From Tepidiformaceae bacterium (GTDB lineage: Bacteria > Chloroflexota > Dehalococcoidia > Tepidiformales > Tepidiformaceae), in NCBI GenBank assembly GCA_965116915.1, contig OZ220739.1:630864-694863 (forward strand): 64,000 nucleotides of DNA, in the 5' to 3' direction. How positions within the stretch are numbered: position 1 is the stretch's first letter; the number at the start of each line of letters is the position of its first letter. Shown piece by piece: positions 45,991 through 54,877 of the stretch. The position numbers and the translations under genes are program-made. Under the pieces are notes generated by a model. The model had not been told where the DNA came from. It saw only the letters and a program-made list of their open reading frames with translations, and did not search any database.

Positions 45991-46952
45991 GCGAGGTACG
46001 TGCTCCGTCGGACATCTTCGGCGTGCCGTTCGTCCTCCGGAGACAGGATGCTGAGCAACTCGTCGACAGTCTTGGCCAGCTTTGGATCACCCAAACGGGT
46101 GAGCCGATGACCGGTCTCGACGAGGATCTCAAGCTCCTGTTCTCCAAGCTCTTTAATCCCAAGACAACTGGCGCTCGGCTCCGCGATGTCCTGAATTCTT
46201 TGCCGCCAGCGCCGATGGTCCGTTCTCGCTTCCTGAATCCTCCGCTGATTATCGAAGCCGGCCCGTCCACACTCGTGACCCCTGAGGGTCGGGCCGTATA
46301 CGACCTGCTAGGTAACTTGCTGCAGGAGTCGGACGAGGATCCGATCGGCCTCGATCCAATCGATGCATTTGCCTTGGTGAGCCTGACTCACCAACGTTAC
46401 CGGGAAGTAGGAGTGAAGCGGCTCGAGGACGCGGTCGGGCTCCTGGGGGGACGGGCGGAGGGGCTTCGGCTACCATCGATTGCACTCCTGCTGTTCCTTC
46501 TGGTGAACGGATCAACGTCTACAGCAACGGCCATCCGCAGACCGAGCGACAGTGATGAACTGAGCCGACTGGATGACGCCGTCGCGAAGGCCATTTCGGC
46601 ATTTGCCGACACTCTCAGTTCACGTGCGCGCGATCCGAGTCACTTCTCGCTTTACTCCGGATACGCGGTAACCGAAGCGCGGCGACGCCTCGGTCAGACT
46701 ATGGGTCCGACTCCCGACCAAATCTACGTGGATGACAGGCACCGGGACGCCGTGATTGAGCGCGTTGCCAGCGAGCTCCGGCGTAGTCAGCGCTCGCCTG
46801 AAACCCGGAACGTCATGGCTGCATTCGACAACCTCGTTTCAGCCTACCGAGAGGAGAGGCCGACCCTCGCATCGCTGGGTGTCACGCACGAGAGCCGTGT
46901 AGAAACAGCAAGACTCCGCGAGCAGTTGGAGCGCGCACTTGGAGACCCGTGA
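45987..46952 (+). CDS. Hypothetical protein (321 aa), middle gene of the SMC-SIR2 operon
   Basis: Translationally coupled on both sides (GTGA overlap upstream, 14-nt overlap downstream). No family recognised. Confidence 0.65.
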   Translation: MSEVRAPSDIFGVPFVLRRQDAEQLVDSLGQLWITQTGEPMTGLDEDLKLLFSKLFNPKTTGARLRDVLNSLPPAPMVRSRFLNPPLIIEAGPSTLVTPEGRAVYDLLGNLLQESDEDPIGLDPIDAFALVSLTHQRYREVGVKRLEDAVGLLGGRAEGLRLPSIALLLFLLVNGSTSTATAIRRPSDSDELSRLDDAVAKAISAFADTLSSRARDPSHFSLYSGYAVTEARRRLGQTMGPTPDQIYVDDRHRDAVIERVASELRRSQRSPETRNVMAAFDNLVSAYREERPTLASLGVTHESRVETARLREQLERALGDP

Positions 46953-48495
46953 TGTGCTGTGCCTGCTATCCGAGCTGCTAGGGGATCCGGAGGAGGACGA
47001 TCGCAACACATCCGTTGTGCCCGTTGTGATCGATGACTTCGCCGGACATGGCGATCTCGTGCGGGCCGCTGCGCACGCTGTCGGGGCTTCGCTAATCGTC
47101 GCCTCGGATGTCGTAGATGGGGTCCGTGGAAGACGCGATCACACGCTGAAGGCCCGCATCGAGGAGTACCTACGGGTTCCGCGTTCGGGGGGCGAAGACT
47201 CTCGAGTCTCCATCCTGGCGGACCAAGGCATCGTGCATGCGAGGATCGACGACCAGACCGAACTCGCGAGCAGATCCGAGAGAGAGGTTGCTGGGCTAGC
47301 TTCAGCTCTGTTCTCAGAAGAACTGCAGACGAGCAGCCTTGCGTTCATTGTCTACAACGAGACCGTACTGGACGACGAGTGGGCCGAAGCCATCTGGCGC
47401 CTCTTCGGCAGCATCGATGGGACGCGGTTCCGGGCGGTCAAGCGCTTCATCTTGCTCATTGAGCGATCTGGCGAGCACACGCCGGATCACCATCTTGACT
47501 CCGAGCCTACCGTCCAGTTCTTCGTTCGGTCGTCGGGACTGACGCGCCGGAAGCCGTGGCTCGTAGACCTTGCCGAAGTCCGCTACATAGCGGAGCAGGC
47601 TGCCAGCAATGGCCTCGTCCTGTTCCTCGGGGCCGGTTTCTCGAGTTCGTCGGGGCTTCCGCTCGGCAACACACTTCGCGACGATGCGCTGCGAGCATTC
47701 CTAGCTATGCCAGAGGCAGGGTTCGACGAGCTCGCTTCGGCGTTCTTCGAGTACCTCCGGGCCAACAGACGTCTGCTCGAGGTCGAGCATCAGATGCCAT
47801 CCGACGAGTTCAACAGCCAGCTCACGCTTGAGCGGGTCCTCCGCGAAGAGATCTGGAGGAGCGGTGCCGACGATAGTCCGACACTGCGTGGTTTCGAGAA
47901 CATGAACGACATTGCTTTGAAGAACAGAGGTCCCGCCGTCGCTGGCCTGCACAACGTCTTGAGGCTCATTCCCAGGACTGTCGTGATCACTGTGAACTTC
48001 GACACCCTCGTAGAGGCTGAGGACGGCGATGTGCACACGATGGTCACAGAGCAAGAGTTCAGGGACGGCCGGGACTACCTGGATACGTACCTCGGCGAAC
48101 CCGACAATCCCGTCCCCGTCTTGAAGCTCCATGGTTCAATTCGGTCGAGAGAGACGATCATTGCCACGGTCGACCAGACCGCTCAGGGTCTATCCACAGA
48201 GAAGGAAGACTGCATTCGTGCCGTCCTCGAGACCAACCGCAAGGTGCCATGGGTCTACGTCGGATACAGCATGCGCGACCCGGATCTTTGGGGCATTCTC
48301 GAATCCCGGCTCGTCGCTGATCGTGCCGACGAATACTGGGTTAGCCCATTCGAGGATCCGAACGCTTTCGAGTGGTCCGGGTTGCACCGGCAGTTTGGTC
48401 AAGATGGGCGGACGTTCTGGCAGAGATGCATCACGCTGACTGCCGATAGGTTCTTCGAGCAGCTCCTAGCTGCCTGGGCTGCACAGCACGACTAG
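46939..48495 (+). CDS. SIR2-family (SIR2_2-type) protein with a ~210-aa unknown N-terminal domain
   Basis: GLVLFLGAGFSSSSGLPLGNTL, VITVNFDTLVE and VLKLHGSIRS follow the defence-type SIR2 pattern (GAG.S...G.P ... N.D ... KLHGS). TTG start at 46939; alternatives lie nearby. Confidence 0.8.
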   Translation: METRDVLCLLSELLGDPEEDDRNTSVVPVVIDDFAGHGDLVRAAAHAVGASLIVASDVVDGVRGRRDHTLKARIEEYLRVPRSGGEDSRVSILADQGIVHARIDDQTELASRSEREVAGLASALFSEELQTSSLAFIVYNETVLDDEWAEAIWRLFGSIDGTRFRAVKRFILLIERSGEHTPDHHLDSEPTVQFFVRSSGLTRRKPWLVDLAEVRYIAEQAASNGLVLFLGAGFSSSSGLPLGNTLRDDALRAFLAMPEAGFDELASAFFEYLRANRRLLEVEHQMPSDEFNSQLTLERVLREEIWRSGADDSPTLRGFENMNDIALKNRGPAVAGLHNVLRLIPRTVVITVNFDTLVEAEDGDVHTMVTEQEFRDGRDYLDTYLGEPDNPVPVLKLHGSIRSRETIIATVDQTAQGLSTEKEDCIRAVLETNRKVPWVYVGYSMRDPDLWGILESRLVADRADEYWVSPFEDPNAFEWSGLHRQFGQDGRTFWQRCITLTADRFFEQLLAAWAAQHD

Positions 48496-49812
48496 CCGCT
48501 CGCTCAAGGCATGCTGGTGCCGAACACCATTATTGACCCACCTGGCACCGCGATGCCGGATAGTACTCACGTTCACGGGCCGCAAGCCGAGCTCTTGAGC
48601 AAGCTGCGCCAGCAGCCCAGGCGTGTCGATGTACACGCCGTAAGGCGCACTGTCACCAACTACGAGGGCGATCCGTGCGCCGGGCCGTACGCATTTGCGC
48701 ATGTTCACGAGCACGCGGCTCATACCTTCAAAGTATGGCCCGATCACCCGATCGTACTCCTTGCCTCGGGGCCGCCGCCTGCGTTCCGCCTCTAAGCGAC
48801 TGCTGAGAGATTCGAGGACCGATCCAGTGTGCGGTGCTATGGCAGCCACGCGCGCCATCGACTCAGAGGCCGCAGCACTGCGGGCCTGCTGAGTCGATGC
48901 CGTGAGCATCCCGGCTCTAACCCGCTCAACCATCTCGGACCAAGTGCGAGCTACCCCCCAAAAGTAGAGCTCAAGCCGGGTTGCATCAGCGTAGTCGAAG
49001 TTATTGAGGTAAGGGGGCGATGTCACGACTGCGTCGGCGGGTTCATCTCCGAGGACCCGAACCCAGTCCCCGAGTCGTCGAGCATCCCCGCGCAGCACAA
49101 TTGACCCTGACTCACGGGACGACTCGCGAAGGTCGGCCGCCATCCACTCCGCCCTTCGCAGAAACGCTCGCACCGGCTGGGCGATCCGTGGCTTCCTTCG
49201 GACCGCGGGGCGCTGGTAGGGCCAACGAACCTGGACGCTTGCGCAGTCCCGCAGAGCACCTAGCAGGGACCATTTGAGATACCGAGTTGTCGCTCTACGG
49301 GGATGCGCCTTCAATTGGTCCCGGATGCTGACCAGTTCGCGCAGGGAGTCCTCGTCGAAGCTGCGAGCCACCAGATCCGTCTCGCGCGAGATGTCCGCCT
49401 CAAGAATGTCGCAAGCAACGCGCTGCGCGTCGTCAACGATGCGCTCCGGCTTCGCGAAGGCCTGAGTCTTGAGCTGTGCCAACTCGGCAATCTCCGGGTG
49501 CACCTCGATACCGGCGTACCGGTATCCCTGCTCAGCCCCAGCTCTCCAGCCAGTTGCAGCGCCGACAAACGGATCAATGAGTAGATCACCGGGTCGTGCG
49601 GCCACAGCCTGTAGCGCAGCCCCGAGGGCTGTCGGCGAGAACCCTGCGGGATACCGAAACCAGCGATCGAAGGGCACCTGCCGCGGACCGTTGGAAGCTC
49701 CACCACTGCTTTTAAAATTCACCGCGGCGCTCCTAGTCCCGCCACGGCGAATAATATGGGATGCTCCGCGTTTCCTCCAGTCTGCAGCAAGAACCCCTGC
49801 ACCGTCCGTCAA
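48466..49812 (-). CDS. DNA methyltransferase (N6-adenine or N4-cytosine; motif I before motif IV)
   Basis: AdoMet motif LLIDPFVGAATGW and catalytic VVTSPPYLNNFDY. The 3' end overlaps the SIR2 gene 3' end by 30 bp (convergent). The start is uncertain (TTG 49812 or GTG 49722). Confidence 0.75.
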   Translation of the reverse strand: MTDGAGVLAADWRKRGASHIIRRGGTRSAAVNFKSSGGASNGPRQVPFDRWFRYPAGFSPTALGAALQAVAARPGDLLIDPFVGAATGWRAGAEQGYRYAGIEVHPEIAELAQLKTQAFAKPERIVDDAQRVACDILEADISRETDLVARSFDEDSLRELVSIRDQLKAHPRRATTRYLKWSLLGALRDCASVQVRWPYQRPAVRRKPRIAQPVRAFLRRAEWMAADLRESSRESGSIVLRGDARRLGDWVRVLGDEPADAVVTSPPYLNNFDYADATRLELYFWGVARTWSEMVERVRAGMLTASTQQARSAAASESMARVAAIAPHTGSVLESLSSRLEAERRRRPRGKEYDRVIGPYFEGMSRVLVNMRKCVRPGARIALVVGDSAPYGVYIDTPGLLAQLAQELGLRPVNVSTIRHRGARWVNNGVRHQHALSERLVVLCSPGS

Positions 49813-50055
49813 CTGAGACCGGGGGGGATCTAGGTTCTCTTGCTAATCGATCGGCCTAGGCACGGCAGCAAGTGCCCGACGGAGGAGGCGTGCTGGCACC
49901 CATGCAGCTGTGTTGCCTCCTCGAGGGGCGCCCTGCCCTAGCCGGATCGATCAAGACCCTCGCGCGCGTTGTTACCCAGTCCAAGCCAGGTCGCGCATCC
50001 ACACGCGGCTGTTACCCTGAGATGCGTTCCCTACTACTAACCAAGGGGGTCGAAC

Positions 50056-50439
50056 ATGTCATCTCGCCGACCGACAAAGCAGGGCGGGGAAGAGAGAGGG
50101 CAAGAGGCCGACTACGACGCTTGGTTGGAGGAGGCCGATGCGCGCAGCGCTCAGCTTGAGAGCGTTGTCACGGTACTTCATGCCGAGTTGGACAAACTTG
50201 CCCGCAAGTCGCCGACCGGGCAGGTGAGCGATCTGATGGTTCAGCGAGTCAACAAGGCCATTCGCGAGTCACACGCCCTCATGGACCGGGAAGGCGACGA
50301 CTTTCTCCAAGAGGTGACTGAGTTCATCGCGGCCGGCGACAACCCTGAGAACCGAGACGTGCTTCTTGTCCTCGCGGAGCTGAAAGCTGCCTTGTCGCGT
50401 TTTCGTTCCGGGCACAGAGCCGACTGGCTTCGGCACTAA
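50056..50439 (+). CDS. Hypothetical helical protein (127 aa)
   Basis: ATG preceded by AAGGGGG. Ends 1 nt before the next gene start. No family recognised. Confidence 0.55.
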   Translation: MSSRRPTKQGGEERGQEADYDAWLEEADARSAQLESVVTVLHAELDKLARKSPTGQVSDLMVQRVNKAIRESHALMDREGDDFLQEVTEFIAAGDNPENRDVLLVLAELKAALSRFRSGHRADWLRH

Positions 50440-50440
50440 C

Positions 50441-51883
50441 TTGGCTCTACTGAACCAAGACTTCGGGCTTCCTTTTGGCCAAATTGAGGTCGATTTTGTA
50501 GTTCCCGATCTCACTCAGGACTTGCCTCTCTGCATTGATCCTTTTCTGCTTTACCGTAGCCAAGATCCGGAGTTACGCAATCTTCACCAGCAAGTCATTA
50601 GCGTCTTTAATCACGGCATAGAACTCTTCAAGTTGGGCAAAACTCAGGACCTTGCTAGGCTAGTCCAGTTTCCGGAGGTTGATGAGATCGGCTTTGGCTA
50701 CTCTGAAGGGGCTATTCGTGGACGAGGTCTAGGCCAGACCATGAACGGTATCTTGGTCGAGCTTCTAGGAAGCGTTGGGGAGATATTTGATCGAGGGATT
50801 CGACATATCGAAGAGCTTCAGTTGCTTTCGGTTCGCATAGGGCCAGACCTTGTGAGCGACACGGTAGCCAACTTGATGAAGGATTTTCTTGTCCAATACA
50901 CACAAAGGCAATCCGAGCTGCACGGCATACCAGTCAGTTCGGGCGTGCCGGTAAATCACTTCTTTGACTTCGATAGTTTCGAGTGGTCAGACGGATACTT
51001 CGATCTGCCACGAAACCCCAACTCCGGGCTGCCGGTGCTCTTGGTACCCCGGCGTGTCGTCCGCCTACTTCCCTGGATAAACTATGCTGACTACCAACGG
51101 AATGAATTCCGCGAGTTCCTAAAGCCCAAGGCACCGCCGTCGCAGCGACGGCGACTGGAACCCGTGGGTGAACCGCTAGATCTTTCCTCCCGCGCAGGCA
51201 AGGCGACAACGTACAAGCCAGAGGTAGTCCGAATTACGCGTCGCAATCTTGAACTTGTCGACAAGTATGTTGAGCGTAAGGAGCGCGAGAGCGCAGGCGC
51301 CGAACCGACACTGCCTCCCGGTCGGTCCGAGACTGCCGCCGTAAGAGAGGAGGGGAACCGCCTGCTCGAGGAGCTTAGGCAGTTACCGCCGGGTCGGGAA
51401 GCTGCCACTGACTACCAGCAACACGTGCTCCGAATTCTGACGTTTGTCTTTGGGCCAGAGTTGACCGACGGGAGGCTTGAGGAGGCGACCGTGCACGGCA
51501 CGGAGCGCCGAGACATCATTTTCACAAACGAGTCGACCAAGTCGTTCTGGATGTATGTACGACAGCATCACGGATCCATTTTGCAAATGTTCGAATGTAA
51601 GAACACCAAAGGCCTGAATACGGCGGACCTGAATCAGACAGCAACCTACTTGGGCGCTCGATTGGGGACGCTTGGAATTGTTGTTACCCGGACAGCACCG
51701 GCAAAGAGTGTCTTGCTAAAGGCCTACTCGATTCATAACGACTCAGCGGGAGAAAGCCGAAAGACAATTCTCATCCTTTCAGACGATGATCTCGGCAGCC
51801 TAGTGCTGGCACGCCAACGGGGAGAGCCGCCGTCGAGGGTCGTTCAGAAGGTATACCGGGACTTCAAGCTCAGTTGCCAATAG
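50441..51883 (+). CDS. Hypothetical protein with a C-terminal PD-(D/E)xK nuclease-like motif (480 aa)
   Basis: TERRDIIFTNESTKSFWMYVRQHHGSILQMFECKNTKG gives a D ... E-x-K arrangement. TTG start. Divergent from the methyltransferase gene. Confidence 0.6.
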   Translation: MALLNQDFGLPFGQIEVDFVVPDLTQDLPLCIDPFLLYRSQDPELRNLHQQVISVFNHGIELFKLGKTQDLARLVQFPEVDEIGFGYSEGAIRGRGLGQTMNGILVELLGSVGEIFDRGIRHIEELQLLSVRIGPDLVSDTVANLMKDFLVQYTQRQSELHGIPVSSGVPVNHFFDFDSFEWSDGYFDLPRNPNSGLPVLLVPRRVVRLLPWINYADYQRNEFREFLKPKAPPSQRRRLEPVGEPLDLSSRAGKATTYKPEVVRITRRNLELVDKYVERKERESAGAEPTLPPGRSETAAVREEGNRLLEELRQLPPGREAATDYQQHVLRILTFVFGPELTDGRLEEATVHGTERRDIIFTNESTKSFWMYVRQHHGSILQMFECKNTKGLNTADLNQTATYLGARLGTLGIVVTRTAPAKSVLLKAYSIHNDSAGESRKTILILSDDDLGSLVLARQRGEPPSRVVQKVYRDFKLSCQ

Positions 51884-52144
51884 CTCTGCTCACTTGCAGT
51901 GGCTGCACCAAGTGCCGCAGGAGCCCGCCCTGCCGCTGAACAGCCGAAGGTGGAGGCGGGCCGACAGACGGCGTAGCCACCCGCTTCTTGGCAGGGTTTC
52001 TGGAACGCCAACGTAGGGGTAGAGATGTGGCGTTGCCTTGTGCACGACATCGCCAGGGGGCGCAAGTTAACGCACGAGAGGGCGCATACAGGCGCCTGAA
52101 GGGGGGCCACCACTTGGTGTGGTAGCCCCCCGTATCCGCCTTGG

Positions 52145-52942
52145 TCAACCTGCGCCGGCCAGCACTCCCTCGCGCTCGCGGTCCCGCGCCCACTCGAAGA
52201 GCGACAGCGTGGGAGCCTCACCGCGCCGCCCGCGCGGTGGCTCCTCCGGCTCCCCGGCCATGAACTCCGCCCACGAGAACAGCGACCGTTGCAGCCCCGG
52301 GGCTTCGTCGTCCACGATGGCCGCGACTGTCACCGTGGGCTCCGCCACCGGCGCCGGCTCGGGCGTACGCCAGCCCTCGTCGACCAGCAGCGCCTCGGCC
52401 TCGGCCGCTACCTGCTGGGCCTGAGCGAAGACCGACTCGACCGAGCCGGCGTCCTCCTCGCCCACGACGATCTTCCTGGCGAGGGCGAGCATGAGGTCGT
52501 CGCCGTTGTCCCCGTAGGCGGCGAGACCGTCCTCGGGCAACTCACCCTCGACGGCGAGCGACGACTGCAGCTTCTGCGCCACCAGCTTGAGGGCGTCCGC
52601 CTGCAGGGTGTTCCGGTATGCCATGAAGACGACCTGGACGGGCTCGGTCTGGCCGATGCGCCAGGAGCGCCGTGACGCCTGCCTCATCGTGTAGACCGAG
52701 TAGTCGGTCTTCGCCCATACGATAGTTAGGAACTCCACCAGGTCCACCCCGTTCTGCATCAACGGCGCCCTGCGAACCGCTCTCCAAGCTGCTGCTCCGA
52801 TGTTGCCTGCGTCGACGGCGGCTCCGATCTCACGCGCCTGCCCTTCCGGGCCTTGAACGCAGAGGATCAGCGCTGCCTCGTCTCCGCAGGGGCCGACCCC
52901 CAAAGGTGACGCAGCGCCCCATAGCCGACTCGGACGCTCCAC
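52145..52942 (-). pseudogene. 3' portion of an SNF2-like helicase (third copy), with no 5' half
   Basis: Downstream of the core (52694-52705) the translation DYSVYTMRQASRRSWRIGQTEPVQVVFMAYRNTLQADALKLVAQKLQ... is near-identical to the intact gene. Upstream of the core it is only loosely helicase-like (PLMQNGVDLVEFLTIVWAKT versus PRLVQTGLDLVDFPTIAWYET). The shared motif CTGTATGCGCCCTCTCGTGCGTTAA follows the stop, as it does after 6397. Confidence 0.8.
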
Positions 52943-53142
52943 ACGTCGACAACGTCGGGGTACCGCGACCGGAGATCACTGGCAGCCGCAAGCAGATCCT
53001 CTGCGACAGCCCAGCCGCCGCTGTTGACGTCGATGGCGACGTAATCGCCGTCGTGGTCGACCTCGACCTGAGCGCGAATGTAGCGCTCGTAGATCGCTTC
53101 TCCCAGACGGGCTGTCTCTTCGGTGGGTCGGCGCACGGCCAT
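52867..53142 (-). CDS. Small hypothetical protein (91 aa)
   Basis: ATG at 53142 within the longer ORF 52867-53430. The sequence MAVRRPTEETARLGEAIYERYIRAQVEVDHDGDYVAIDVNSGGWAVAEDLL... looks like a compact conserved small protein. Its 3' end overlaps the helicase-like ORF in another frame. Confidence 0.45.
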   Translation of the reverse strand: MAVRRPTEETARLGEAIYERYIRAQVEVDHDGDYVAIDVNSGGWAVAEDLLAAASDLRSRYPDVVDVWSVRVGYGALRHLWGSAPAETRQR

Positions 53143-53611
53143 GGCAACTCTCCCCTGACGAGGATAGCGCCCCCGGCAATCCCATCCAGCGCTGGTGTGA
53201 CGTATAGCTCCGTCATCTCGAGTCTCCAGGCAGGTGCTTCGAGCAGGACGACAGCTCCTGCACCGGGGACGCCGGCCGCTCCGCTCCGACACCAGCCCCA
53301 CCGTGGCCGTGTCGCAGCAACACAAGGACTGTCGGCCCCGAGGTGATGGCGGCCGCGCGCCTTCCTGGCCGGCGAACGAGTTGCCATCCTTGAGGCCGTG
53401 GCTCCGCTGGTCCGGTCTCTCGTCTTGCACGCGCTCCCAGCCCCTGGGCGTGGCTCGATTGGAGTCAAGCGGTCCTGGACGGCGCGTTCGGCAGTCGCTG
53501 GCTGGGGGCGGTCTTTGTAGCCGGCGAGATCGACGGTCCCCCGGTAGGCAAGACCCCCCCCGAAATCTTGGAAAACGTCCTATTGAGGAATTTTACTCAG
53601 TAGGGAGTATC

Positions 53612-54877
53612 ATGGTCCTGATGAACGCATTCCAACGCTCAGGCGTTGACACCCTGGCCGAACGTCTCGACGAACCCCCGAGACGGCTGATCGCCGTGTT
53701 CGGACCTCGCCAGACCGGCAAGACCACGATGGTTCGTCAGGCGCTGAGCCGGATTAATCGGCCGAGTCTGTATCTGGCTGTCGATGAACCGGAGTCCCGT
53801 TCTCCCCGCATCAGCGAGAGTGAGCCTTCGGGAGACACCGCGCCAATCGGTCAAGAGCGTGATGGGGCTTGGTTGGCCGGCATCTGGGAGGACGCTCGGC
53901 GGCGGGCGGAGCAGTCCCCCCAGGGCCTCGTGCTCGTGTTCGACGAGATCCAGAAGGTCCCCAACTGGTCCGACACCGTCAAGGGGCTGTGGGACGCCGA
54001 CCGCGCTCAGGGCTGCCCGCTTCATGTTGTCGTCCTCGGTTCCGCGCCGCTTCAGATCCAGTCGGGGTTGAGCGAGAGCCTCGCCGGCCGCTTTGAGTCG
54101 ATACGCGTCACGCACTGGTCGTTCCCTGAGATGTCCACGGCGTTCAACTTCACGCTCGACGAGTTCATCTTCTTCGGCGGCTACCCGGGGGCGGCAAGCC
54201 TCATCGCGGATGAAGAGCGCTGGCGGGACTACATCCTGTACGGGCTGGTTGAGCCGCACCTCGAACGCGACCTCCTCGCCATGACCCGGGTCGACAAGCC
54301 GGCACTGCTCAAGAACCTCTTTGAGCTGGGGGCCTCCTACTCCGGGCAGATCCTCTCGTACACCAAGATGACAGGGCAGCTTCAGGATGCCGGCAACACG
54401 ACGACGCTCGCGCACTACCTCGACCTCCTCTCCACGGCCGGCCTGCTCACGGGGTTGGAGAAGCACTCTGGCAGCGCACAGCGGCGCAGGCGGTCCAGTC
54501 CCAAGCTCAACGTGCTCAACACGGCCCTGATGACCGCTACCTCCGGCTACTCCTTCGCGGAGGCCAGGGCCGACCGCACCTTCTGGGGGAGACTGGTGGA
54601 GAGCACGGTCGGCGCCCACCTGGTCAATACCGCTCGCCCGGGGCTGGATGTCGGTTACTGGCGAGACGGTTCCGACGAGGTCGACTTCGTGCTGGGGCGC
54701 GCGGGCCGCGTGCGCGCGGTCGAGGTCAAGAGTGGCGACCGTCGCCCGAACGACCGTGCCCTGAGGGAGTTCGAGGGCAAGTTTCGGGCGCCGCCATCGC
54801 TCGTGGTTGGTGAGAACGCGATACCGCTCAACGAGTTCCTCTCCGCTCCCGCCTGGGATTGGTTCGAACAGCCATGA
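53612..54877 (+). CDS. AAA ATPase of the AAA_14/DUF4143 type
   Basis: Walker A FGPRQTGKTT, Walker B LVLVFDEIQKVPNW, and a C-terminal DUF4143-like region (VGAHLVN...GYWRDGSDEVDFVL...AVEVKSG). ATG at 53612 preceded by GGGAG. Confidence 0.8.
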   Translation: MVLMNAFQRSGVDTLAERLDEPPRRLIAVFGPRQTGKTTMVRQALSRINRPSLYLAVDEPESRSPRISESEPSGDTAPIGQERDGAWLAGIWEDARRRAEQSPQGLVLVFDEIQKVPNWSDTVKGLWDADRAQGCPLHVVVLGSAPLQIQSGLSESLAGRFESIRVTHWSFPEMSTAFNFTLDEFIFFGGYPGAASLIADEERWRDYILYGLVEPHLERDLLAMTRVDKPALLKNLFELGASYSGQILSYTKMTGQLQDAGNTTTLAHYLDLLSTAGLLTGLEKHSGSAQRRRRSSPKLNVLNTALMTATSGYSFAEARADRTFWGRLVESTVGAHLVNTARPGLDVGYWRDGSDEVDFVLGRAGRVRAVEVKSGDRRPNDRALREFEGKFRAPPSLVVGENAIPLNEFLSAPAWDWFEQP

